A stretch of DNA of 64,000 nt from an uncultured Synechococcus sp. (GTDB lineage Bacteria; Cyanobacteriota; Cyanobacteriia; PCC-6307; Cyanobiaceae), in the NCBI GenBank assembly GCA_913049535.1, contig CAJWYF010000005.1:9962-73961 (forward strand), in the 5' to 3' direction. The notes beneath the pieces are model-generated. The model was not told the origin of the DNA. It saw only the letters and a list, made by a program, of their open reading frames with translations, and did no database searches. The translations under genes were made by a program, and so were the position numbers. How positions within the stretch are numbered: the first letter of the stretch is position 1; each line of letters begins with the position of its first letter. This document shows positions 35,410 to 45,969 of the stretch, piece after piece.

Positions 35410-36225
35410 ATGGCCAAGCGTCAACGCCTTGATCTGCGCCTGATGGAGCTCGGGCTGGTGAGCAGTCGTCAGCAGGCTCAGCAACTCATCCGCGCTGGCA
35501 AAGTTCGCCTTGGCGATGCAGTCCTCGATAAGCCAGGCCACGAGATTTCCCTCGAGGCTCTGCCTCAGGTCACCATGCCGCCGCGCTTTGTCTCCCGCGG
35601 TGGTGAGAAGTTGGCCGCCGCGCTCGATCAGTTGCCCGTCCAGGTGCAGGGACGTTGCTGTCTGGATGCCGGCATCTCCACCGGTGGCTTCAGCGACTGT
35701 CTGCTGCAACGGGGCGCCAGCCGCATCTATGGCGTCGATGTCGGTTATGGCCAGACCGCCTGGAGCCTGCGACAGGATCCGCGCCTGGTGTTGCGCGAGC
35801 GCACCAACCTGCGCCATCTGCTCCCGGAAGAGCTCTACGGCCCTGCTGACCAACAGCCTGATCTGGCTGTAGCGGATCTCTCGTTCATTTCCCTGGCTCT
35901 GGTGCTGCAGCCGCTGCAGCGCCTACTCGCTGGCGGCAGCCGCGCAGAAGCGGTCCTTCTTGTCAAACCGCAGTTTGAAGTGGGCCGCGAGCGGGTCGGC
36001 AAAGGGGGGGTGGTCCGTGACCCGGCAGCCCATGCCGATGCCATCGATGGCGTGGCAGCTGCGGCCCTGGCCCTGGACTGGCATCCCCACGGACTGGTGG
36101 GATCACCCATCACCGGGGCTGCCGGCAACCATGAGTACCTGCTCTGGCTTGGCCCCAAACCTGCTGTTGCCGTGGGGCCATGGCCTGAGCTGGTTCAGGA
36201 GGTGGTGCGCCGCACCAATGGCTGA
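35410..36225 (+). CDS. tlyA: TlyA-family rRNA methyltransferase (S4 plus FtsJ-like domains)
   Basis: KRQRLDL, FVSRGGEKL, LDAGISTGGFSDCLLQRGA, DVGYGQ, DLSFISL, LVKPQFE, GNHEYL. Confidence 0.93.
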   Translation: MAKRQRLDLRLMELGLVSSRQQAQQLIRAGKVRLGDAVLDKPGHEISLEALPQVTMPPRFVSRGGEKLAAALDQLPVQVQGRCCLDAGISTGGFSDCLLQRGASRIYGVDVGYGQTAWSLRQDPRLVLRERTNLRHLLPEELYGPADQQPDLAVADLSFISLALVLQPLQRLLAGGSRAEAVLLVKPQFEVGRERVGKGGVVRDPAAHADAIDGVAAAALALDWHPHGLVGSPITGAAGNHEYLLWLGPKPAVAVGPWPELVQEVVRRTNG

Positions 36226-36226
36226 T

Positions 36227-36613
<387 letters not shown>

Positions 36614-36630
36614 TCAACCGTAGTGATCAC

Positions 36631-36644
36631 GTAACACTCGTTAC
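36631..36644. promoter_or_regulatory. NtcA binding site between divergent glnB and queF
   Basis: GTA-ACACTCGT-TAC, exact GTA-N8-TAC and palindromic GTAAC/GTTAC; 66 nt upstream of glnB ATG. Confidence 0.7.
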
Positions 36645-36699
36645 CGATCCTGCTTCTCATCGACCGACTGCTCCATTGACATCCCCAGACCCTGGCCCT

Positions 36700-37095
36700 G
36701 TGAGCGAAAGCAGCACGCAGCGCCCCTCCTACGGCGAGCGAGCCATTGCAGAAGCCGAGCTGATCTGCTTCGACAACCCACGTCAGGGACGGCCCTATGA
36801 CGTGGCCATCACCCTGCCGGAATTCACCTGCAAGTGTCCTTTCTCGGGCTATCCCGACTTCGCCCGGTTGGAGCTGACTTACCAGCCCGGTCCCAAAGTG
36901 CTTGAGCTCAAGGCGCTCAAGCTCTACATCAACAGCTGGCGTGATCAGGCCATCTCCCATGAGGAAGTGGTCAATCGCATCCTGGATGATCTGGTGAAGG
37001 CTGCATCACCGGAGTGGATGCAGTTGGTCGCTGATTTCAATCCTCGAGGCAATGTCCATACGGTGATCACCGTCAGACACGGCGAGCGGGGTTAA
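36700..37095 (+). CDS. queF: NADPH-dependent 7-cyano-7-deazaguanine reductase
   Basis: [34 protein letters not shown]; GTG start. Confidence 0.95.
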   Translation: MSESSTQRPSYGERAIAEAELICFDNPRQGRPYDVAITLPEFTCKCPFSGYPDFARLELTYQPGPKVLELKALKLYINSWRDQAISHEEVVNRILDDLVKAASPEWMQLVADFNPRGNVHTVITVRHGERG

Positions 37096-38387
37096 TGGCG
37101 TTCGCCCCCAGTGGCCATGGCTGCGAGCTGCGGCAGCTCATCGGCAAAGGCCACCAGATTGCGGTTGCATAAACCGGCAAGGTGCAAGCGGTCATCCGCT
37201 GCGATAGCCCAGAGCTGGCGGGTGGCCACCAGGCTCAGACCACCACCGACCAGGATGATGGCAAATCCCCCATAGACCAGTGGCACGCCGGGATCCCGCT
37301 TGATGAGCAGGCCGCTGGCGGGCAGAACCTCCGCCACCCGCAGCGGCAAGCCTTGAATCTCAACGGGCTCCCCGCCCACCGGCAGCAGTCCCAGCAGGCT
37401 GCTGTCGGGTCCAAAGACCTGAACGGGCCCCTGCTCGCTCTGGAGAGCCAGCAGCACAGGTGCGGTGCCATCCGGTCTGGTGGGAAGCACCAGACCCCAG
37501 ACCTGATCACCGAGTTCTGGGAATGTCTGCAACGGCAGCTGCAGCAGCGGGCTTTGGCCGAACTGCAGCGTCACCGCCGCCAGCGCCCAGTCGGCCTGGT
37601 ACACCGTCACACCCCGGTGTCGCAGCGGGTGGTTGACGCTCACATCGGCGCTCTGGGTTTGGCTTGCATCGCCATCGCGCAGCAGCAGATGGGAGGCGAA
37701 TTGTTCGGGCCGCCCGGCTGGGTCGCGATCGATATGGAACGCTTCCAGCTGCAATTCCAGCTGGGTGCTCCCCTGGGGGTCCATCAGCTCCAGGGAGCGG
37801 CCGGGGGCAAGAAAGCGCTCCAGTCGTTGGCCGCCGAAGGCACCTATCACGGCGCCGACCATGAAAATGATCAGGCCGGTGTGGACCAACAGAGGCCCCA
37901 CCCTGCCGATCAGGCCGCGGCGTGCTGCCAAACGCCCGCTCTGACGCCGCACAGCCCAACCTTGCTGCTGCAGCTGCTGATCGAGACGATCCAGGTCCTG
38001 CTCAGGATTGCTGCTGTCGAGGCTGGTCGCTGCCGCCAGCTTGCTGAGCTGGCGCGGCTGGCGGTAATCAATCCAGCGGAGTCCCGCTTGCAGCGCGGGC
38101 CACTGCCGCCGGAGGCTGCACAACAGCAGAGCCAGACCAAGCCAGGCCAGCAGCAGCAGGAACCACTGACTGGTGTAGAGGTGATCGAGTTGCAGTTGCA
38201 GCAAGTTATTGCCGTTGATCAGACCCAGCCACGGCGCTGCGTCGTAGCGCTCGCGATAGAAGCTGGCCGGCTCGCCTTGGGGAATGGCCGTGCCGATGCC
38301 ACTGCAGGTGGCAATCAAGAGCAACAGGACGATGGCCACGCGCAGATCGGAGAGCCATGCCGCCAATTTCAGGGCCAGGGTCTTCAT
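37092..38387 (-). CDS. ccs1: Cytochrome c biogenesis protein Ccs1/ResB (CcsB)
   Basis: [41 protein letters not shown]; ATG 38387 overlaps ccdA stop. Confidence 0.92.
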   Translation of the reverse strand: MKTLALKLAAWLSDLRVAIVLLLLIATCSGIGTAIPQGEPASFYRERYDAAPWLGLINGNNLLQLQLDHLYTSQWFLLLLAWLGLALLLCSLRRQWPALQAGLRWIDYRQPRQLSKLAAATSLDSSNPEQDLDRLDQQLQQQGWAVRRQSGRLAARRGLIGRVGPLLVHTGLIIFMVGAVIGAFGGQRLERFLAPGRSLELMDPQGSTQLELQLEAFHIDRDPAGRPEQFASHLLLRDGDASQTQSADVSVNHPLRHRGVTVYQADWALAAVTLQFGQSPLLQLPLQTFPELGDQVWGLVLPTRPDGTAPVLLALQSEQGPVQVFGPDSSLLGLLPVGGEPVEIQGLPLRVAEVLPASGLLIKRDPGVPLVYGGFAIILVGGGLSLVATRQLWAIAADDRLHLAGLCNRNLVAFADELPQLAAMATGGERH

Positions 38388-39097
38388 GGCAGGCGTGCCA
38401 CCAGGCTCAGGCCTCCAACCCCCACCAGCACAGCACCGCTGATGGGCGGTATCCACTGGCTGATGGAGCGCAGTGCCAGCAGGCGGGGCAGCGCTGCAGC
38501 CAAGCTGCCGGCCAGAAGGAGGGGTAGCACCTGCCCGGCACCAAAACAGGCCAACAGGACCACGCCAAGCAAGGGCTGGCCGCTGGCTGCAATCCAGCCC
38601 AGCAGCACTGCCAGCACCGGCGTTGTGCATGGGGAGGCGGCAAGCCCAAAGGCCAGGCCGGCGGCAATCGGCCCCAGGCCGGGTGGGGCGAGTTTGCGCC
38701 AACGCTCGGGGTCAGGGCCGGATGGGAGACGCAGGGGCAGCAGGCCGAGCAGGTTCAGCCCCATCAGCACGGCCAGGACGGCGACGGCAATGGACAGCGC
38801 TTCTGGCGTCTGCCCATACAGCTTGCCCAGCAGGGCACTAGCGCTGCCAAGCACCACCAGGGAGCCGACGACGCCGCTGCAGAATCCAGCGCTGCGGCGC
38901 CATGCGGCACCCTCGCCGAAACCGGCCAGGTAAGCCAGGCTCACCGGCAGGATCGAGAGGCTGCAAGGCCCCAGGCTGGTGAGCAGACCACCGCTGAACA
39001 CAAGCAACAGGGTCAGCGGGGTGGGATGCTCCAACCCGTTGCGCAGCAGCTGCTCACTGGCTTGGGCCAGGTCGGCGAGCGAGATCGGAACCATCAC
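38384..39097 (-). CDS. ccdA: Cytochrome c biogenesis protein CcdA
   Basis: [13 protein letters not shown] and [11 protein letters not shown] Cys-Pro motifs. Confidence 0.92.
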   Translation of the reverse strand: MMVPISLADLAQASEQLLRNGLEHPTPLTLLLVFSGGLLTSLGPCSLSILPVSLAYLAGFGEGAAWRRSAGFCSGVVGSLVVLGSASALLGKLYGQTPEALSIAVAVLAVLMGLNLLGLLPLRLPSGPDPERWRKLAPPGLGPIAAGLAFGLAASPCTTPVLAVLLGWIAASGQPLLGVVLLACFGAGQVLPLLLAGSLAAALPRLLALRSISQWIPPISGAVLVGVGGLSLVARLP

Positions 39098-39106
39098 GGC
39101 TGCAGC

Positions 39107-40084
39107 CTATCGAGCGGGCGGGGCACTCCATGGGGCTTGATCGATGAATGTGGCCACAGGCACCGGGCTCTGTCGCTCGTAACCCTCCGGCAACCAGAGG
39201 TCGCCCATCGGTGAGGCGTAATGGATCTGCCATTGATGGAAAGCATTCAGGCGGCGAGGCTCCTCCCGCATCAGATCGGCGTAGGTCTGGACGGCACGCA
39301 CATAGTTCCAGCTGTTGTTGTACCCCCAGATCGCCTGCGGCATGTTCTCCGGTCCGCCGCGTCGCACGAGGTAGCGGGCTGCCGCAGCGATGGCATCGGC
39401 TGGATCATCGATGGAGCCCGCGCCGATGCCTGGCTCAGCCCATGTGGTGGGCAGAAACTGCATCGGGCCGCGAGCACCCGCCACCGACAGCCCCTGCAGG
39501 CGACCCATCCCTGTCTCCACAAGGTTGATCGCTGCAAGGGTGGCCCAGTCGATCCCGGTCTGACGCTCGGCCTCTTGGTAAAAGCTCAGCAGTTCAGCGG
39601 CCGGCACTGGACTGACGATGCGCCAGGCGGGGAGCTGGGCCGGCGGCGGGCTGTTGCGATGCATCGCCAGAAACTCGCGCCTGGCCTGCACTTGCCGTTC
39701 GGCCACAGGGCGCAGCGGGGCGCTGAGTTGCTTCAAAACGTCCCCGTCCCAATCGCGGTGGTGGGACCAGCGGCGGTAGAGCACCTGTTGCCGGTGGGCT
39801 AGCGCCGCGAAATCCGGACCGGCTGGATCCATCGCCAACAAGGCCTTCTCCACCTGTTGCAGCTGTTTCCCCAAGGCGGCAGCAGTGTTGGGCACCTGCG
39901 GGTAGCGGCGACCGTTGGGGGCGGGAACACCGCCTGGCGCTGAGGTGACGGACTGTTGGCTTGTCGGCTCAGCCTGGGGCTGCTGTGCAACGGAGGCCGA
40001 TGGTGGTTGGGCCGCGCCGCATGCGCTTAGGAGGGCGACAGCTGCGAGGAGGGCGATAGGGGTTCGGTGGTTTCCAGAGAACAT
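39107..40084 (-). CDS. Lytic transglycosylase (SLT/MltB-like domain), predicted lipoprotein
   Basis: Lipobox LLSA-C; LAAINLVETGMG (catalytic Glu), ARGPMQFLPTTW, AAARYL, YNNS..YV. Confidence 0.8.
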   Translation of the reverse strand: MFSGNHRTPIALLAAVALLSACGAAQPPSASVAQQPQAEPTSQQSVTSAPGGVPAPNGRRYPQVPNTAAALGKQLQQVEKALLAMDPAGPDFAALAHRQQVLYRRWSHHRDWDGDVLKQLSAPLRPVAERQVQARREFLAMHRNSPPPAQLPAWRIVSPVPAAELLSFYQEAERQTGIDWATLAAINLVETGMGRLQGLSVAGARGPMQFLPTTWAEPGIGAGSIDDPADAIAAAARYLVRRGGPENMPQAIWGYNNSWNYVRAVQTYADLMREEPRRLNAFHQWQIHYASPMGDLWLPEGYERQSPVPVATFIDQAPWSAPPAR

Positions 40085-41190
40085 CGAACGAGCAATCCGG
40101 CAGTGAAGAGGCTGGCCAACAGAGAGTTGCCGCCATAGCTGACCAAAGGCAAGGGCAGTCCAGTGGTGGGCATGGCGCCGCTGGCCACGGCGATATTCAG
40201 TATCGACTGACCCACGAGCAATGTGGTGCAGCCAATCGCGACAAGACGCAACTGATTCCCTCGGGCCCTCAGGGCCACGCGCAAGCCAAGGAGCGCAAAG
40301 ACGCTGAGGAACAGCAGCAGGGTCACTGAGCCAATGAAGCCGAACTCTTCGGCGTAGACGGCAAAGATGAAGTCCGTCGTTTGAATCGGGAGATACATGA
40401 GCTTCTGCGTGCTCAGTCCGTAGCCGCTGCCGCTGATGCCGCCTGAGCCGATGGCCAGCAGGCTTTGCACCAGTTGATAGCCGTGACCCTGGGGATCCTG
40501 CCAGGGATCGAGAAAGGAGGTGACCCGCATGCGCTGGTAGGAGTTCACCAGGATGCTCACCGTGCCGGCAGTGAAGCCAAGCCCTGCTGTTCCCACCAGC
40601 CAGTGCAGCGGCAGACCGGAAGCCAGGGCGGTCAGCCACAGCAGCAGGCCGGTCAGGGCGGCGGTGCTGAGGTTGGGCTGCTTGAGGATCAGCAGGATGA
40701 GGCCAGCGAAGATGGCCAGCCACAGCACCCGTTGCTCCAGGCCGAGGCGGCGCCAGTGGGAAAAGAGCATGGCCCCTTGCAGCACCACAAACGGTTTGAT
40801 CAGTTCAGTGGGTTGCAGCTGAATGGGGCCGAGGACCAGCCAGCGGCTGGCCCCATTGACGGTGGTTCCCATCACGAGAGTCAGTGCCACCAGGCCCGTG
40901 CCGATGAGCAAGGCAGGAGCTGCTAGCCGGAGCCAGCGGCGCATGGGGGCTCGGATCACCATCAAAAACAGCCCCCAGCCAGCGATCATCCAGATCACCT
41001 GGCGCTTGATCGTGTAGAGGGCATCACCCAGTTCGCGCTCGGAAATCCACCAGCTGGCCGAGGTCAGGACCAGCAGACCAAACACACTCCAGGTGATGAC
41101 CAGGCCCAGGAGCAGCCGAGTTTCCGCAGGCCAGAGGCTGAGGTGCAGCGGCAGAAGTCCCTGGCGGGGCTGGCTGCTGGACCTGGGCAT
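40027..41190 (-). CDS. ftsW: FtsW/RodA/SpoVE peptidoglycan glycosyltransferase
   Basis: NGASRWL, QPTELIK, KQPNLSTA, FLDPWQDP.G.GYQL, TTDFIF, LPLVSYGG. Confidence 0.92.
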   Translation of the reverse strand: MPRSSSQPRQGLLPLHLSLWPAETRLLLGLVITWSVFGLLVLTSASWWISERELGDALYTIKRQVIWMIAGWGLFLMVIRAPMRRWLRLAAPALLIGTGLVALTLVMGTTVNGASRWLVLGPIQLQPTELIKPFVVLQGAMLFSHWRRLGLEQRVLWLAIFAGLILLILKQPNLSTAALTGLLLWLTALASGLPLHWLVGTAGLGFTAGTVSILVNSYQRMRVTSFLDPWQDPQGHGYQLVQSLLAIGSGGISGSGYGLSTQKLMYLPIQTTDFIFAVYAEEFGFIGSVTLLLFLSVFALLGLRVALRARGNQLRLVAIGCTTLLVGQSILNIAVASGAMPTTGLPLPLVSYGGNSLLASLFTAGLLVRCSLETTEPLSPSSQLSPS

Positions 41191-41254
41191 GGCAGATCAA
41201 TGTCCAATAGCCCATTCAGCCGTGTGATGGACAGCAGTGCTTCGGTGTAGGGAC

Positions 41255-41280
41255 AAAAAAAAGCCCGGCTTGCGCCGGGC
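41255..41280 (-). terminator. Intrinsic terminator of apcABC
   Basis: - strand GCCCGGC-GCAA-GCCGGGC-T8. Confidence 0.9.
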
Positions 41281-41301
41281 CTCAGGATTCGATGGTCGCG
41301 A

Positions 41302-41502
41302 TCAGTTGCCGACGTTCGTCTGCAGCCGCCCGGTGGCCAGTTCCACCTTGATGATCTTCCCGCCCTGCTTCATGATCCGCTGCTGTTCAGCGAACCAGCT
41401 GTCGTAGGGCACCCACTTGGTGAAGTAGGTGTTTTGAATCTCCCTCTGGGTCCTGACTTTCTCAGGACTGGGAATGCAGGCAGTGACTTTGAAGAGACGC
41501 AT
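41302..41502 (-). CDS. apcC: Phycobilisome core small linker Lc7.8
   Basis: MRLFKVTACIPS...RTQREIQNTYFTKWVPYDSWFAEQQRI. Confidence 0.96.
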   Translation of the reverse strand: MRLFKVTACIPSPEKVRTQREIQNTYFTKWVPYDSWFAEQQRIMKQGGKIIKVELATGRLQTNVGN

Positions 41503-41533
41503 GGTGCTCCTTGAATGAAGGGGAGCGTGATGC

Positions 41534-42022
41534 TCAGTTGCCCAGGCCGGAGCAGATGTAGTCGAAGTAGACCGCCATCTCCTTGCCAGCATCGGGACCA
41601 ACCAGAGCTGCGGTGGCTTCCTTCATGGCCTGGATGGCCTGAACGGTGGCGCCGATGGGCACACCCAGAGAGTTGTAGGTCTCCTTGAGGCCGTTGAGGA
41701 CACGCTCATCGAGGATGGAGGTGTCACCAGCCAGCATGGCGTAGGTGGAATACCGCAGGTAGTAGTCCATGTCGCGGATGCAGGCTGCATAGCGACGGGT
41801 GGTGTACATGTTCCCGCCGGGGCGGGTGATGTCGGAGTAAAGCAGGGCTTTGGCGACGGCGTCACGGATGATGGCCGAGGCGTTGGCACTGATCGTCGCG
41901 GCGGCACGAACGCGCAGCTCACCGCTGGCGAAGTACTGCTCAAGGCGGCCCATGGAGCCGGTGTCGAGGTAGAGACCTTGAACGTCAGACTGGTTGATGA
42001 CGTTGGTGATCGCGTCTTGCAT
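41534..42022 (-). CDS. apcB: Allophycocyanin beta subunit
   Basis: [26 protein letters not shown]. Confidence 0.98.
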   Translation of the reverse strand: MQDAITNVINQSDVQGLYLDTGSMGRLEQYFASGELRVRAAATISANASAIIRDAVAKALLYSDITRPGGNMYTTRRYAACIRDMDYYLRYSTYAMLAGDTSILDERVLNGLKETYNSLGVPIGATVQAIQAMKEATAALVGPDAGKEMAVYFDYICSGLGN

Positions 42023-42059
42023 GGAATCCTGAGGTGGAGGTGAAGGAAGCGTTCGGGCC

Positions 42060-42545
42060 TCAGGAGAGGGCGCCGATCACATAGTCGAAGTAGAAGCCAG
42101 CTTCCTCGGCGTCTTCGCCGGTGAGCAGGCCCATGGCGGCGTTTTTCATTTCACGCACGGACAGCGCCATGGCCTCAAGGTTGGTGCCAAGAGCCTTGTA
42201 CATCTCTTTGGCACCGATCACGCCGATCTCTTCAATCGGGGTGACATCACCAGCGACCACGCCGTAGGTCACGAGGCGAAGGTAGTAATCCATGTCACGC
42301 AGACAGGTGGCGGTCATCTCATCGCCATAGGCGTTGCCGCCTGGGGAGATGACATCGGGACGACGCTGAAACAGCGCGCCACCGGCCTGCTTCACAATCC
42401 GCTCGCGACCCTCGGCCAAGACCTGGGCGACGCGAAGACGGCGCTGGCCGCCGCTCACGAAAGCCTTGATCTGGTCGAGTTCGCCAGGGCTGAGATAGCG
42501 GGCCTCGGCATCCGCGTTGATGATCGAGTTGGAGACGATGCTCAT
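42060..42545 (-). CDS. apcA: Allophycocyanin alpha subunit
   Basis: [30 protein letters not shown]. Confidence 0.98.
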   Translation of the reverse strand: MSIVSNSIINADAEARYLSPGELDQIKAFVSGGQRRLRVAQVLAEGRERIVKQAGGALFQRRPDVISPGGNAYGDEMTATCLRDMDYYLRLVTYGVVAGDVTPIEEIGVIGAKEMYKALGTNLEAMALSVREMKNAAMGLLTGEDAEEAGFYFDYVIGALS

Positions 42546-42883
42546 GCAGTTCTGCCTCGAAGCAAGCGGTCGCCTTAGAGGAGACCGGGTCCTGTGGTTT
42601 GGGGGGGGGGTGCCCTCGGCCGAAACCGAGCGCCGGATCAGTGTGACTGATCGCCAGAGCATTCTGTGGCAAGCGCTCAGAATCCCTGGGTCGCTGGTAA
42701 CAGTTCTTCACGGCGGATGGGTTTTCTAGATCCCTTGCCCGGCAGTGCTTTTGGGCTGAGTTGCTAATAATAATTCATGCAATCAGTTGTTAAGAATGAA
42801 GACCTGTTGATTGCCGTTTTTGGTTAAGACTTTGTCTGTCGCTTCAGGTGTTCTCTCTGCCGAGCATATTTCTTGGTTTTCGC

Positions 42884-42911
42884 AAAAAAAATCCCCGCTC
42901 TTGGCGGGGAT
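42884..42911 (-). terminator. Intrinsic terminator downstream of apcE
   Basis: - strand ATCCCCGC-CAAGA-GCGGGGAT-T7. Confidence 0.85.
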
Positions 42912-42942
42912 CAACGTCTGTGGGGTGGTGTGCGCTTACTTG

Positions 42943-45810
42943 TCAGATCGCGGCGTCGCTTGGTGGTGTGATGCCGGCGCTGCCACGCACCAGGGCTGCG
43001 GTGCGGTTCAGGCTCAGCAAAGGGACCCCTGGAGTGGTGGCCAGCCCCTGCGGATAGGGAACGGTGTCAGCTCCAAAGCTTGTGCTGTAGGCCGCTGAAG
43101 TCACAAGGGCGGTGGTGGCTTCCACTTGTCCTTGTGATGCCCGGCAGGTGAGGAATTGGCTGACTTCCTCCGGCAGTGGTGCGCGCCCAAGCAGATTGAG
43201 GTGCGCGGCGGCTGCCGCACGCAGCGGGGCGAGCCCGTGCAGCCGGCGCTGGTAAAGGTCACTGGCAGCCACGAGGGCGACAAAGTCGACAACGCGGATC
43301 GCTCCGTAGCGCAACTGGGACTCCGCATCGCTGAGACGCTCAGCGTCGAAGGGGACGCGGTTCAGGAGCTGGCGGTACACCGCAGCAATGACCTCCTGCA
43401 ATTGGTCTTCACCTGCTGAACTCACCAGCTTCAGGGGGGTGAAGCGTGTCGCTGCTTGGCGTAGCGCATCCGGTTGTGCCCCGGTCAGCATCCGGGTCAT
43501 CACATCGGCGCTGGTCGGGCCGGCCGATGGGCTGCCAAGGCGACGGCTGGGGGTCAGGCTCAGGTCAGGGAGCTTGAAGCCTTTGGAAGCTGAGCCAACC
43601 TCCGCTCCTGACGGCTCTGACACCCTCAGATTGCGTTTCGTCAGATCACCCGGAGTCTTGAGGGTGTCCTTCTGAAGGGCGTCAGGGCGTCTCTCCTGGC
43701 GGAACGATCCTGCTGGCGCCACGACTTTGGAGGTGTCCAGCGCGGGACGGAAGGAGGGCACCCGCCGGCTGCTGACATCAAAAGGAGTGATGAAGCGTTC
43801 GAAGGGAACGGTGTCTTCTCCGAAGGCTTCGGCGTACTCCTGACTGTCGATCAGCGCATCCACCAGGCCGTAGAAGCCCTTGCGCGCTGCGGTGTCGAAG
43901 TAGGCATCGATTTCCCAACGACCAAAGGTGGGGCGTCCTAGCAGCCGGCGATGCATCACCTCGATGGCCTTGGTGATGTACAGACCATTCCAGTAACGAC
44001 GTTGGAAGGCCTTCGAGCGCGCAATGGCGCGAATGAAGTCCCGCAGGCTGAGGTCGCCGTTTTCAAGCCGTGCTTCAGCGGACTTGAGCTGCTCACCTTC
44101 GTAGCCACTGTTGCCCAGAACCTGGGTGTAGACCGCACGGATCACGGCCTGGGTGCTGGCTTCGGTGTTGCGCACACTGGGGGTGCCACCGCGGCTGGGA
44201 ACTGAATTGCCACCTGTGGCGATCTGCTGCAGCCGGACCACACGGGGACCAACGCTGCGGGGTCGCGCGGAACGGAACTCCGGTCCATCGATCTGGCCGG
44301 ATAGATCCAGACCGTTGCCGACCATGAGTCGGCGCGTCCGGTATCCGAACGGTGCTGGTCTTGTGCGCACCGAGGCGGTTGCCGAGGGGAAGATGGCGCC
44401 ATAGCTCAAGGCCAGAGGGTCATTGCCACCGCCGTAGGCGTGTTGATCGCCCAGAGGCTGGCGGTAGGACGCGTAGAGGGTGAGGTACTGCGGCGCACCG
44501 TCGAAGGGGGCGCTGAATCGGAACAGCTTGCGATTCGAGCCCCAGCCCGCACTCTCCTGGGCCTCTTCGCCCAGATCGCGCAGGTAGGGCACGGTCTCTT
44601 CGCCGAAGACCCGCGCGTACTCCATGGAGTTGACCAGTGCGTCCACCAGTCCATTGAGGCCCTGGGCGCTGACGATGGAGAAGTAACGGCGGAACTCCTC
44701 GATCGAACTCACCCCACGGCCGAGGAAGTGGCGGAAGGCCAGCTCCACCGCACGGGTGTTCGAGAAACGGCTGAAGAACTGCTGGCGATACTCCTTGCTG
44801 CGACCAAGGGCGCGGATGAATTCCCGCGTGGAAATCTGCCCCTGCACCACCTGGGACGCTTCCACAGCACAGGGGGCCTGGGAGTAGGCCTTGGCGATAT
44901 CCCGCTGGAAGACCTGGCGGTAGGCCGCCTTGATGATTTCTGCCTTCTCCACCCCGGAGAGTCCCGGCTTCATCACAAAGCGCTGGGGTGTTTCTGCCGC
45001 CAGGGCGTAGATGGCTGGAAGCTGCAGGCCCTGCTGCTGAGGGCTGCCGGGCCGTTGACGGGTGGAGGGGGTGGCGACGGCAAGTTCTTCGAGCAGAACG
45101 TTGAAGCAGGCAATAACCAGGGACCGTGCTTCGGAGCCGACCTCAAACAAGGCTCCTGCTGCCGCACGCATCTCCTGCAGGGCCAGGTTGGTGGCCGGCA
45201 AGGAGCAATTTTTTTCAAGGATGTCCCTCAACCCGCGCGCATTCACCCGCAGGATGCTCGGATCGCCTGCAACGACGGCATACCCCACGTAGCGCACAAA
45301 CCAGCCAAGGTCCCGCATTGACTTGCGAGTCCGCTCGGCTCCATACCTGGAGATATTGATCGGGCTGAAACCCGTCGGGATGATGACGCGCACATCAGGC
45401 CCGGTGCTCAAGCCACCAAAAAGGCGGCTGAGAAGTCCACCACTTTTGGTCTCACCACCCTCGACAAAGGTCTGCACCGACGCATTGAACGCCTGTTGGT
45501 CGGTGGCCAGAACCTCGCCGGCGTCGTTGGCTGCTGGAGCTCCGACTGGGGCGTCCAGATAGGACAAGGGCGTCCCACCAACGAAAATTCTGTTGGCGGC
45601 TCTGGCCACAATCGCCGTGGCGTTGGCGCTCAGCTTGTTGGATGCCTCGACACGGGCCTGTCCGCTTTGGAAGAACGTGATCAGGTTCTCCAGCTCGCCG
45701 CGATCCGGGAAGCGGTCCTGTTGCTCCGCCTGGCGAACGCTGGAAAGAGGCAGGGTGTCGTACAGCTGGGGGCTGACCCTGGGGCTGCCGCTGCTTGCGG
45801 TCACAGACAT
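42943..45810 (-). CDS. apcE: Phycobilisome core-membrane linker LCM (three REP domains)
   Basis: MSVTASSGSPRV, AEQQDRFP, ILEKNCS; three repeats (IKAAYRQVF, IRAVYTQVLG, IAAVYRQLL). Confidence 0.97.
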   Translation of the reverse strand: MSVTASSGSPRVSPQLYDTLPLSSVRQAEQQDRFPDRGELENLITFFQSGQARVEASNKLSANATAIVARAANRIFVGGTPLSYLDAPVGAPAANDAGEVLATDQQAFNASVQTFVEGGETKSGGLLSRLFGGLSTGPDVRVIIPTGFSPINISRYGAERTRKSMRDLGWFVRYVGYAVVAGDPSILRVNARGLRDILEKNCSLPATNLALQEMRAAAGALFEVGSEARSLVIACFNVLLEELAVATPSTRQRPGSPQQQGLQLPAIYALAAETPQRFVMKPGLSGVEKAEIIKAAYRQVFQRDIAKAYSQAPCAVEASQVVQGQISTREFIRALGRSKEYRQQFFSRFSNTRAVELAFRHFLGRGVSSIEEFRRYFSIVSAQGLNGLVDALVNSMEYARVFGEETVPYLRDLGEEAQESAGWGSNRKLFRFSAPFDGAPQYLTLYASYRQPLGDQHAYGGGNDPLALSYGAIFPSATASVRTRPAPFGYRTRRLMVGNGLDLSGQIDGPEFRSARPRSVGPRVVRLQQIATGGNSVPSRGGTPSVRNTEASTQAVIRAVYTQVLGNSGYEGEQLKSAEARLENGDLSLRDFIRAIARSKAFQRRYWNGLYITKAIEVMHRRLLGRPTFGRWEIDAYFDTAARKGFYGLVDALIDSQEYAEAFGEDTVPFERFITPFDVSSRRVPSFRPALDTSKVVAPAGSFRQERRPDALQKDTLKTPGDLTKRNLRVSEPSGAEVGSASKGFKLPDLSLTPSRRLGSPSAGPTSADVMTRMLTGAQPDALRQAATRFTPLKLVSSAGEDQLQEVIAAVYRQLLNRVPFDAERLSDAESQLRYGAIRVVDFVALVAASDLYQRRLHGLAPLRAAAAAHLNLLGRAPLPEEVSQFLTCRASQGQVEATTALVTSAAYSTSFGADTVPYPQGLATTPGVPLLSLNRTAALVRGSAGITPPSDAAI

Positions 45811-45969
45811 GTAAGGAGCTCCTCTGGCAACCGGCCAACACCGGGGCTCGAGCACGTTACGGCTGAGCCGATCAGGGCTGAGGGACGTTTAGACAAATGT
45901 TTGCAGCTCTGCTCTGAGGGTCGGCATGCCCAATGAGAGGCTCAAGTTCTGATCTGCAGTGCCCTCCTG

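Noticed and set aside
42760-42830. AT-rich apcA promoter region with two TCTTAAC copies as a possible RpaB (HLR1) site
   Set aside because: Does not match the TTACA(T/A)(T/A)-NN-TTACA direct-repeat consensus or spacing
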